Shown here piece by piece: positions 48,890 through 62,131 of a stretch of DNA of 64,000 nucleotides. The stretch lies in the NCBI GenBank assembly GCA_964035545.1, contig OZ037768.1, forward strand, positions 18,211,700 through 18,275,699, read 5' to 3'. A program made the position numbers and the translations under genes. The notes under the pieces were generated by a model. The model was given only the letters and a program-made list of their open reading frames with translations. It searched no databases and was not told the DNA's origin. This stretch comes from Bugula neritina. Its lineage: Eukaryota; Animalia; Bryozoa. The first letter of the stretch is position 1. Each line of letters starts with the position of its first letter.

Positions 48890-49245
48890 TTTAAAAAGCA
48901 CGTGTACCGGTTTATTTGACCTGTCAATGACCTCGAAGTGCTAAACTGCCGTACAGAAAGCGTCGCAGTTGTACTTTTTAAAATTAATGAAATGGTTGAA
49001 ATAATTATGCAAGTATATTTTAAATTTAAAATAATTTAACTCCGTTGCAAAAAAAAATAATTTGAATGATTTGGTCGATTACTGGGCGCATTTACTCAGA
49101 TTATTGGGCATTCTCACTCTATTTGAAAGGCGGGGCTTACAGTAGCAATGCACGTGATCAAACAATATGGCTGTGCGTGAAGTTCAAATAGGTTTTTTTC
49201 GATACTAACGAATAATTAGTAACGCCATCGTTCCAGGCAACTAAT
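48890..49245. promoter_or_regulatory. Probable bidirectional promoter between FAM53 (-) and DNAAF9 (+)
   Basis: Locally CpG-richer island between head-to-head genes. CACGTG at 48899-48904 and 49151-49156, TGACCT-N5-TGACCT at 48917-48933, GC box GGCGGGGC at 49129-49136, YY1-like AATATGGC near 49164, RFX-like GTTCCAGGCAAC at 49230-49241. Confidence 0.6.
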
Positions 49246-50373
49246 AACTTGATTATTTTTTGATAAAAGTTGCATCAAGTAATTTTTATTTCTGTTGCTG
49301 TGATCATTATTGAAATTACTTTGTTGATTTAGATGAATAAGTAAAATAATAATATTATATCAATTAAAATTGTGAGTGTGAGACTGAGTGTTACACTTAG
49401 TATGACTTAGTAACTGTAACTGACCTAGTCTTACAGTTACACTTGTTGTCAGTGTCAGTGTGACACTGACTGTAATTATTACTTATTATGAATGCCACGA
49501 TCATAATACTAATTGTGATAACAATAAATTTATAATTATTGAAGCAATAAAATATACAAATTGAAATTAATAATTGTCATTAGGATTAATATAGTTTTAT
49601 TAAAATAATTGCAACTATGATTATTCATTTATTCATCACTTTAACTTTAAGTGAGTAAGTTCGAGTAATAATGATTACGTTGATCAAATTCAATAGCCAT
49701 AAGCTTGTAAAGCATTTGCATATTCATATAATTCATATCATAATTTAAATTATCTAATTTATAATTAAAAGTATGAATACAAATATAGTTGATATTTAGA
49801 CTTCAATGTATAATTTGTGTTTTATTTTATTTTTATAATTATGTGCAATTATATTGTTTCAGCTTTATTGAATCTGCTTGTTTAAACAATTGATTAAACA
49901 TATATTTTTTTGTTCTTCCAAAGCTGAACTGAATACTAATACAATGTTTCAACATTAGTATGATTATTGATTATGATTATATCATTTACCTTGGTGTAAG
50001 GGTTCCTGATTTTTAACTTTTACTGAGAATGCAAACTCACTCCTCATTTTAGGTAGAAATAATAGACTATTCATATCTTTATAACTTAATGAAAATGTAG
50101 CACTTTTAATAAAGCTGTATTTATTTTTCATTTAAATATCAAGCTTGCATCTTTTGTGTTCTTTGTTCAACACTAAAACTTAATATTGATTAAATAAAAT
50201 AATTTGTGCTAATTTGCTTACCACAACTTTTTGAAAACTTTACTGTTTTAACCTAGTTTGCAAAACATCTCTGTTTATTTAATCCTGCCAATATGTGCGC
50301 AAGATTTTAGTCATACTGTTTTTAATTTATGTTATATTCCCAGCTCTTGTACTAGAAAAATTTCTGAACTGAA

Positions 50374-53300
50374 ATGTCAAGAAAGTTGTCAAAGCATTCT
50401 GGAAACGTTAGGTGAGTATAATTCTATTCATTTTAATAGGATCATTTTGTGGTATTGGTAAATGACTTTTACCTATAGTGTAATCTTTACATCATTTTTA
50501 CCACATACGACTGGCATTTTCTGTTTTGAAGCATAAAGTTTGTAAGGGAGGCTGAGTCGTTGATGACTTGGATAAACTAATTTTTTCAAGTATCCACATA
50601 TTGCAGGGAATGTATAGGCTTATGGGATAGGCTTGCTTTGATATGATTCACTGTCTAAAGCTCTACTATCTAATTTACTTACTTTATTTGAATACTTACC
50701 ATTTGCCTGCAGCCTTATTTACCTGCTTGCTCACTTTTATGTCTTATAAAATCTATAAATTGTTAAAAGTTTTATCCTCCAAAATTTCTGATAAATATAT
50801 GTTAAATTATACAGTTTTAAATTAAACAAAAGCAGCTATTTGTTTCCTTGTTTTGTTTTAGTTTTCAGCGACTAAAGAATGTGCAGAAACTGCTCAAAGA
50901 CAACAGCATTGATTGCCTTCTGTGTATTCAAGGTAGTTTAAATTATAATCTTCTGTATAATGGTTATGAAAATAATAATTTAGTTTTATATTTTTTTTAA
51001 ATTTTAATGATTGGTTTAGAAAGAGATGTTTAATAAGGATATAATCTATCACCACTATAGATTAAAAATCCACTAATACGAATTGAATTAACAAAATTCA
51101 AAAGAATTTTATTTTCAACAGTAAATCTTGATCCTCATAAGGTAGTCTGTATTCTTATATGCTTTTATATGCTTCAGTGGGTTGAACCAATGTTTTTTAT
51201 ATTTTGAGTGTTTATTTTCATAACATCCTGTTTTGATCAACAATAATAGATGTAATATAATAAGAATAGATATAATGCACAGGTTAGTAATAACACAACA
51301 ATAGATATAATATAAAACAGTACTAGAAATAATACAATATAATAATAGGCATAGTAGATAGAGTATTAAATGTAGTATAATATAGTATTAGATACATAAT
51401 ATAATGGATAGAGTATTAAATATAATATGATATCAAATACATAATATAATGGATGGTGTTGAAGGTATTGACAGCTGGTATAATGAAGGAATGCAAGAGT
51501 TTGCTAATTACCTGCTGCTCGGTTTCTTTGATTCCTACAGACAAGATCTCTTAAGGTACAACAATTTTTGTCTTTAGACACATATACAGCATTTTATTTT
51601 ACTCTCTGCGTCATTGTTAAGTCGCATAGAACAGCTTTGCAAAGCAACTTTTTATACAAAAGTGTGACAATTTAAATCAAAAACCCATATGCCCATTCTA
51701 CAGCCTAGGTATGCGTTTAAATATTTCTTTTATATTTTTATAGCTAAGTGCTTTTGAACAGAGCAGATTTGTAAATCTTGTCTGGAAAGTATTTAAAGTT
51801 GATCAGTATATGTGTTTTTTGACTGTGTTAGACCAGCATTGGTTGTAATTAATCTTTGCCAATTTTAATGCTCAATACTCAACACTATGTCTGTTTGCAG
51901 CACTGGCAGTGAAGATGATATATTAGACGGTATGTTGAATAAAACTATTTAAAGAATTGTGGAACTTATGCAAGTTTGACTTATAGCATCAATTTTAAAT
52001 GACATCCCTTTGTACCTTCTATGTTGTTTTAATCGCTCAAAACTATTTGAAAAGATTTTACAGGGTACCATATTGACTTTACATTCAGTAAAGTATAGGA
52101 ATACTAATAGTTTTCTGTTTGAATACAGCATTAATAGCATGCTTTAATATGGTGTTTTTAAAGTGAACCAATCTGACTCATTTTAATACTGGAATGTTGT
52201 TTCTATAAGTAAAATGTGGAAAAAAAATTTTATTCGAGTCAAGAAATTCTTAAACTAAAATTTCTTAATTTAAATTTTCACTCAAAGCTGTGGCAGAATA
52301 CATTTTTGATTTCATTAAATATAATATTTGCACATTGGAGTTTTCAATGTCTTCACTTCAGTCTATAAATCTATTGCATATGAGCAATAAATAACACAGG
52401 AACAGTGTAGATATCATTGGGACATGATAAATTGAAGCCTTCAAATTTTGAATTCTATGAAGGCTTGACTTGTATTATGTTACTAAACCAATAGTTCCAC
52501 ACCAAGTTTATAAATAATTTAGCCCTAAATTAGAAGCTGTGGGGTTAGAGTGTTGAGGGAACTCACTATATATCCACCTTCTTGAAAGCAGCTGATGAAG
52601 TATAAATGTATAGCTTCTAGGTCCATGTTCTTTGATGTACAAAGCTGAGTTGTCAGTCACTGATCCCTTACAAATGAACATGCGTCACATTTTTGGCAAA
52701 AGAATGAGTTATGACGAGCTTTAAATCTATTCCCCTTCCAAGTGTGTCTAATAGCCAAGTTCACCACGACATTACTTTGTTGCTAAAAAAAGCTTTAGAT
52801 CTGGGCACAGTTTCAAGTTTTAAACATCCATTATTTATATTTATAGAGAATATTTGGCAATGTTTCTTGTAAGATTGAAAACCCACTTTAAAGAATAATT
52901 TAGCTAGATATGTGTTTTATTGGTTCATGTATGTTGATGTTTTTGTAATTCACAGTTCTTGTTTATTTTAAGATTTAGTCTTGTGTATAAAGACTGACTC
53001 AGTGGATATCTGCTGCAACCCAATGAACTACCCCCTCTTTCTTCCATATTTTGCTGCTTGGCCAAACTTTCGAGTATTCTGCCTATCCGAGTCTCAGGTA
53101 AGATATATCATGTAACATATTAATTCTGCTAAGCTAATTTACTGCAGTGCAACATTCATTCTTTGAAACGTTATTCGTAGACAGTATGAAAAATATTAAT
53201 TATACATTTTTTGCATTATCAGCCAAAAAGTATAACATGCACAGGCAACAAAATGGCATTAGCCCAAGTACTAAATTAATACAAACAGGGAAAATGTTAT

Positions 53301-56300
53301 TTTATGCATTTTAGCAAGTATATTTGATATCAAGAAGACTGGCATGTTGTATGCATTTGTTTTATATGTAATCTTCGTAAAAATCATAAAACTGTTGATT
53401 TATATATTTTAGTATGGAAATCAAGAAAGTGTTTTAGAAGAATTTAAAGTGAAGAGTTTTGTTTCCATGCTGTCAAAGTGCAAACATGTAGCAGTACCCT
53501 ATTTCTCAAAAAGTCAATTGGGTGAATCAACTTTTGACAAGATGAAAGTCGAAAAGTGGCCATTAATACAAGCTTACGCTCTTGAAGGCTATGGAAGGTT
53601 AGAATTTGTATAGATAAAGATACAAGGTACAAGGAGTTAGCTTCTCATTTGTTTTAGTTATTCCTGGCCAGTAAAGTGTTATCAAAGGCAAGCTGCAAGT
53701 GTGTGAGTGACAAGCAATAAGCTGCTTTGTATTTGGTGTTATATAGAAGTTGCACAGTAAAATTTAACCCGCCATTCTCTAATATAATCTAGTTTGTAAT
53801 AGTAAATTAAGACATGATAACTATGTCACACTATTAACTATTAAATTAACGATTTATACCAACAATTTCAATAACTATGTACTATTTTATAATGGTCAAT
53901 AACTGTGTGCTGTTTTGTAATGTGCATGAAACTGTTATTTTATGAACATTGCCAACAAAGTTGCATATGTAATATCGTTTGTAATGTTAGTCACTTGGTT
54001 TACTCACTATCCCTAACCTTTACATTGGACATTTGATTGGCTAAATAATTTTTACCTTTTTGCCATAGTCATATATTTCTTGTTTGGAACATAAATATAG
54101 AATTTCTTTATTATTTCAATTTTTAGTTACACTTTTTTCACAGGGGAATATTCTTCACTTTAGTACATGATGTCATCGATGTGTCATTGTTATTGAGTGA
54201 AATATCCGGAAGATTTGACGCTGTCTCCACTGAGAAACTAATCTCCGAGGTTAGTTGAGAGCTGTACTGTAGGATGTTGTATGTCAATAACATAATAAGC
54301 TAGGATGTATACCTCTCCACACATCGACTTTTGTATATATGGAATTGTCTGCTTTTTTCAAAGTTTTATTTAATTAAAAGTGTTTCGTTATGTGGAGTTG
54401 TGAGAAGCCAATTCACAGAAAACAATGACGCATATTGAAACATACTGCATAATATAATAATTTACCCAGTTCATTGCTGTGACCATTTCATTATTACTTT
54501 ATAATACATATGATAGAATAGTAACTGTTTTATATTTCTGATATTTGGAGCTACATTACTTGGAATTTGTTAATTTAGTAATAATTATTTTTGATTGGAA
54601 TTTGTGACAAAAATAGCTGAAATATTTTGTTATATAGACAATGCTAATATTTGCCTAGAAATATGCATTTTAAGATTTATTTAAATTCAAATGTCTTCAG
54701 CTGATTTTGAGTACATGGCTGACAATCATATATTGACTATTTGCCAGAGTTTGCTTCATTGGCAGCATATAACAGCAGAGTGTTTGATGTTTTAGCAACT
54801 ACTTACCTTTGAGTCACAGTGGGAGGGTTTAGGAAAAGCTGTGGACGTTGCCAGGTGAGTTGCAGATTTTGCCTTCTTCAGAATAATGTCTGAGTTGCTG
54901 TCATACATTCAGTATGCAGTGCTGCCGGTGTTATTGTTTGTTTTAGATTAAATAAGTTTGCAGATGGCTTTACAGATGCTGATGTGATAGAATCTTTGCA
55001 GACGTACTACAGACACGGCACGGTTGGTGTGGAGCCAGGCCAGGAGGAGACATGCTTTTGGTAATAGATACTTAAAATCCTTAGAATATTTTTGCTTTTA
55101 ATCCTGCAATAGTGATATTCATTTGTATTTCTTCATCCCTTAAGTATTTAGTGTGTACCTTTCAGCGGGTAGCATTAGAAATATGTTGTCAATTAAAATA
55201 GAAATTAAGTTAAATCCTAATCTCAATCATTATAAAACTTTATATAAAATATTTGTTGTATAAGCGGAGAAAATATCATTATTTTTTCTGCTTATATAAC
55301 AAATATTGAACTTTTTAAAAAATTTTATAATCTTCAAGATTAGGATTTAATTTAATTTTTCATTTCATTTCTTTTTTCCAACAGCATTGAAGCTATTATT
55401 ATTCAACAGGTTAAAGAGACTACAACTCCGAAGTTGTAACAAATAACTATTATAATTGATAATTGTAATATGATATTCTCTAAAATGTATAGTCATTGTC
55501 AAGTGTTGCTATTTTGTACCTTATGTGAGCAAACTCTGCATTTATTTTAGTTACAATATAATCAAATAATTATAGAGAAGACTTGGATGAGTCATATCAA
55601 TACATAGCAGTAAGATTTCAGATGTATGTCGCTACTGCCATATGTGTTCTAATCACTTTATCAAAAGATGCAAGGTTTTTAAATTACTAGATATTGTGTT
55701 GGTCGATAGGTCAAATAGTTTTCAGAACATTTGATGACAGTGCAGCGATTCAATAGGTTTACCAGTTACTGTAATTAAGCTGTAACTTCACAATCTAAGT
55801 TCTAACTTGGGCAGTTTTAGCTTATGTTCAGATAATAGCAAATGCATTATGTTTACTATGATGCAGTATAACTCTTATTCTGCAGGTTGAAGCCATTTTG
55901 CTTCATGGGTTTGCATACTCAGGATATTGTCAAGAGAAACCATGCTGGTCAGCCAATCAGAGCTGATATATTAACTGCTGGACTTTCCTCAACACAAGCT
56001 CTGCACATGGTGAGCAGCCCATCTCATCATGCCTCACCTTCATGTCTTACCCAATGATTACCTCCATGTTTGATCAACTGTTCCAATTAAAAGCATGTAA
56101 TATAAAATCAATGAGTCTTGCTTATCTTTGCCCACAGATAACTCTGCTATAAGTCTACTTATTGTTAAAGCTTAGCATGAATGAAGTGTTTACAAGTCAG
56201 ATGTGTTTTGTTTCAGATCTGTCATGGCGTGGCTCCCAAATCTGGATTCATGTGCACAAGAACATATTTCTTTGACAGCTCTGCGCTGCCACCACCTCTA

Positions 56301-56679
56301 GGTAAGTTAGTATCTCGCAATAAATGTGTATTCCAACTTCTTCATTTAAAATATTACACCGAAATTCAGGCTGTATTTTTGAAAGATACATAGGATTTGA
56401 CACATCCTGAGTGTTGATAATAAAACCAAGAGTGATGTAATAGTTACTCTGACTCAGCAAGGGGCTAACAGCATAAGGATATGCAACAGTATTTTAATGT
56501 TTTATTATATAATATTCGAAAAGAGTATTTGATACAGAGTAATAGAGTTTTACAACATTACTCTTGGCCACAATATAATATCTAATAACAGAGCATATAA
56601 GGTAATATACATTATATATATTGTAATATGTATTATATATATTGTAATATATATGTAATTTCTCTGTAAACAGATTTAG

Positions 56680-56770
<91 letters not shown>

Positions 56771-59700
56771 ATAGTAATTAATTACAATCAGTAATAATCC
56801 AAGGCATCTGATTTTTTGCAACAACATAACTGATATAACGTAGTTCTAAATTTAATGCCAAAGCATAGATAGAGAAAAAACAGTATTGAAAAATATATGT
56901 AAAAGAGAATTTCAAATAAAACAAAAAGAGTAGAAATGAGAAGCTCGTCGTCGCTGATTTGCAGACTAACGGGAGGGTTGTGAATTAGTCTCATGACATT
57001 GCGTGGTGCAGACATTAGTAAGTATAAAACAGACATGGTGAATATTAGTTGATTGAAGCTCTTCTCCTGCTTTAACTGATCTTTGATGCTGCTACCAACG
57101 CTGTATTTTATACTACCGCCTTTGCCATACGCTGAGGGCATTGATGTGTAGATGTGCATTTTAATACAAACAAGTGGCAGTATTAACATAGGTAGGAGTA
57201 TATAAGGCAGACTAATGCTTATAACCATTTCGTACCAATGAAACCACTCATATTCTATGATATATGAGTTGGAGTTATCCTCTATCACCGCATCCCGTGG
57301 AGCTAAAACCCTTCGACTACAGTTGTTGCTATCAGTATATTCCTCTAAGCCATACTCCCAGTACTGAGGCAAGGTGCTAACAAAGCAGATGATCACCATT
57401 AAAATTGATACTAAAACTCCATGAATTTTACCAAACGAGGCATGCCATTGTCCACAGAGACCATGTGCAGCTCTCTCTATCACCACTGTAATCAATAGCC
57501 ACGTACACGAGTACCACAGCCAGTTCTCTACTGCTGGGAGGTAAGGAAGTAAGGTGATGTAAGCACTTCCTGTCTGTGTGACGTAGTTGGGAAGCTGAGC
57601 AGCACACGCTGCTATCAGGTGGAGACAACTACACAAGTTAAATGTTGTCAAATAGCATTCGTGGGAGTCTGCAGTCATTTTAGCTGATACAACTGTGTTG
57701 ATTATAGAGAAGATAATCCCAACTGTTAGAATGACTGGCAAGACATAGTACATGGCCTCGTTGACAACGTATAGAGCCGTTCCATGTGAGATTTCAGCCT
57801 TATTATCATACACTTTTCTGGTACATTCTATAATGTGGGGCAACACCTCCCGTACTAGTAACCCTTGACGCATGTAAATCATCTTCAAGACCTAAAATAA
57901 GAATAATAAAGAATGTGTTTAAAACAAACCAATCAATGATTAAACTATTATTCAATAATTTAGCTGTAAAAGTAAATAAATTCAGTCACTGTGTTTCCAT
58001 TCAATGTTTGGAAACAGTTGCATCTAATGAAACACAACCATAAATTCATGCAAACTGCAACCATGATCCATTTGATTATTTGATCTAGAAATCAATTTTG
58101 GTTTGTTGTATCAAAGTAATTCTATTTTATTCAGTTTATTAAATCGATGCCAATAGCAGGTTTGCATTTTATTAACCTGCTTTATCTCATATTCCTGTTA
58201 CTAGAACCATTTAGTGATTTGCAATAGAAATATCTCATCAATAAGCATTTCCTGTGGGGCTAATCAAAGCATAATTTCAGGATTACTTGATTGGGGGAGG
58301 TTGTAGTGCATACATATCAAACTCTACATGTTCTTTTTAATATTCATAAGCTTATTGTTTGTGAGAGCAGATGGAGGGATGATAATTTACAACATGGGTA
58401 CATGCAGGCACTGCTGCGCAAATTGGCTGTTGCAAGATTTTAGAACGAGAGCATCTGCAGTACATTGCTTGAAATTCCTTAGTAGCTTCTAGCCCCCAGT
58501 CACTGTCAGTTTCTCTGATTAACCATGTTTAGCCTCTTCTCTGGGTGCATTGAACTTTGTATCTTTCTACATGAAGTCTGACTGGAAGCTTCTAATCGTT
58601 TTAGTCATTCGACCAGTTAACAGCTTTTTCTAGATTTTGTAACAAATTAGTGTTTTTGTAGCTCAGATGATACGATATAGTAAGTAGATCCTGAAGCATG
58701 CATTAATCTTTAAACCTTTGAAGTGAAGTGGAATAGAAATTCTAAACTCAGAAATCAATATTTTTAAAGCAGCATGTTGACAGCTTGTTATCGCTGACTC
58801 ATTGAAAACAGAAATTGCAGTTTTCATACACTTGAACTGCAGCTAGTTGAAAAACTTATTAAAAACCAATGCCTACATTTGCTGTGCCATGATTTCTAGT
58901 TGTGAACAGTTCGATGAACTTATTTCAAATGAGTGCATTTAATTGATAGGCATTACTAATCTCATTATCCACAGCACAGCTGCCTTACATAAACTAGCAA
59001 GTTTGTTGGTGCTTGCGGCCTTCCTCACACTCGAGAGGAGTTAGGTTGTTTGCTTACCACTATTCCCTGGTGCAAACTTAAAAACATAATAAAATCAATA
59101 GCTGACAAATGGCACCACGGGCCTGGAGGTGATATAACCTATAAAGGAAGGTAGACTGGAAGGTTTTATTGCGCTGTCAACAGCAGAAGGTACTAATTTC
59201 TAATAAAAGCAGCATCGCTGCCATAAACCGACTGACTGAATGCCTCATTTATCGTTGCATAAACCACATCCTTGATATGTCGCCATCTCTAATCTGTACC
59301 CTCGGCAATACAATGTAAATAGTAAATGTTTTAGACATAAAGTTAGTAAATTAAAATGATCAATAAACAAAGTCATTAAAATCCTGAGCTATAAAACATT
59401 GACTTCATTAAACTTTAATTATAATTATTGTTGTACTATGGGCAATAAATTTGAAATCATTTTTGGATATTGTAGACAGCAACCATTGTTATTAGAAGAT
59501 AAAATATATGTGTAATTTGTATGGTTTCTCAGACATAAAACTTATAACAGATTTTCTTCTGTTGCATATATCGTGAAGCTACTCCAGCCCTGTACCAATC
59601 AACTGCATGTCTGCCCCTACACCTACCATTCATTTATGATATGCAGCAAAACACCCAGTAATAGCTATTAGCATCAGGGGTTTCTTATAGAATAATTTAG

Positions 59701-62020
59701 AGAAAAGATTCAATTCAAGTTGCAGTAGTATTGAATCTTTACTGTAACATAGTATAACTTTTAGCTGTCTCTTTGATAAGTATATAAAAGGTATTTTCCT
59801 AAAATTTATAAAATAGGTAATTATATCTGGCATAATAGAAGCCAAAATGTCAAAATAATTTCAAACCTGAAATTTTTAGCAGTTGAACTATCAAACAGTA
59901 ATTTTACAGAATTCCAGTTATTATTTACATGTGTCTCATTGTTAACCACAATAAGCTGTAATATTAATTTAAACATTTCCAGTCTCTTAATGCATTCAAG
60001 AGGCTTATTTCAGCACATGACTTGAATATGGCTTTGAGAAGAAGTACTGTCAAGCTGGTGTCAAGTTTTCGCAATGCTTTCACTCAAGTGTTAACAAGCT
60101 TGGGTTGGTCTTTAGTTTGCCGGCACGTATATATATCTTACCTCAAGATTGTTTTAGCCCAAGCTATTGAATGTTATATACACCCTCTTTCTCTAGTTTT
60201 AAAGATGCACTGATAGCAGATCTAAAGTTGATACAGGTCTATCTCTTTGTGATGTAGTTGGATCTACAAAAAATATAGCATTGTTTCTAGCGTAATGCAG
60301 CTGCTCATTAGCTTCCTGTGAACTGGGTAGAATAGATTATCAATGATGGAACTTTTGTGTTTACTAAGTCAGATATTGTATTATGGTTGTTCCATTGTAG
60401 TTATGATAATATGGGAATAATGTATATACACAGTTTAATAATATAAAAAGCCAAGCCCAAATATATATTTTCCAATCCAATTATCATAATGACAATGCCA
60501 ATATGAAGATAACAGTAATAACATATGAATTTCTAAGTGAAAATTCAATAATTCCAACAGGATAATGATACTGTTAGAAGTTTGAACTTTGTCTTTGTAT
60601 AATATACACAAATTATACACATGTGAATATATAGATAATCATATATTATAATTATGTTATAATTGTCAGTTTTTATCTTGTAGTTGGCTATCATTCTAAT
60701 TCTGCTATTGTCTAGTTCAAATTTGACAAAATGAGAAAGAAAACTAATTTTTAAAATGCCACGGTACTTTTAAACCAATATTTGTCATTTTAAATTTCTT
60801 ATAGATCTATTTGTCGAGTGATAAAGAAACTGAAAAACATGCATGCAACTAGCTCGAATACTAATACTAATATGCAGTTTATCATTTTTTTGGAATGATC
60901 ATTGACCACTGCCTTTTGGTTTAACAAAAGCTACTGCAATGTGAATGTACGGGTATATAATTGAGTTTATAGAATTGATATCTGCAAGCACAGGGGTATT
61001 AATAACTTCAACTTTAAAATAAGTGTTAGTATATTAATATAGAAACTGTGCTAGAGAAGACTTGCAGCTTTAGGCTATCTAGTCTCAGTTCCAGTGAATA
61101 AGTATAGCCAAGAAGGTAAATACTAGAACTAAATTAGTACCTAGAACCCCAACCTTGTCCAAAGTCTACGTCTCTACATATCATGTACATTACACTTAGC
61201 AGTGTCAAATCAAACCAAAAATAAATATCAATTCTTATTCAGTATTTACAAAAACAGCAATCAATGTCACATTTATTTTATTCAACTAGAAGTTGTCTAA
61301 ATGTGTTTAAAATATTGTAATGTTCGAATAAACTATGTTAATTGAGTGACACTGTTGTACACATACCTGGCTAGACTAATACGTATGCCGATATAGTTAT
61401 TTGTTCAATCTCGTGATATAAAATTCTTTGTCTGGCTGTGCAGCCCTCAGCTCCGCAATCCTTCTTTGTCAATGACTGAATGTAGCCACAGCTGATGCTA
61501 CCCACCGAGCATCTGATTGGCTGTGTTTACAAACACACGATTGGCTTCTGTATTCTCACCATTTAGATAACTAAATTAATTTGTATATCAAACATTCTAC
61601 AACAGTGGATAGTACTACTAATTTCAATATAGTAATACATAACAGCTTAAAGGGTCGAGAATATAAATATTAGTAGACTGTTTCTCAGCCCTAAATAATT
61701 TGTATGTTGCAGGTAGTGAAGTTGAATACAGAAAGCCAGATGTGGAGTAAGTGCCTACAGCTAACAAATAAAACATGTGTATTGTGTTGATGTGGTTGTA
61801 TCTACTTGATGTTTTTATAATGTATTGGATAACATACTAGAGCACATTAAATATTGTAGACAACTATCAAGAGCTTACAAAGCTGCTATAGAAGTGACCC
61901 TGAAATCAATAGATGAATATTCAACATCTCTCCAGCACAGCCAGGTAATGTTATTGTCATCCGTTACTTTGCAAAGCCCAATTTTCTTCAAGTGGTAGAT
62001 TATTCTCTCCAGATGATCAT

Positions 62021-62053
<33 letters not shown>

Positions 62054-62086
62054 CGCACACAGCACACACAACACACACACAACACA

Positions 62087-62131
<45 letters not shown>

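Noticed and set aside
56633-56827. YI-repeat ORF
   Set aside because: Translation of the (TA)n microsatellite.
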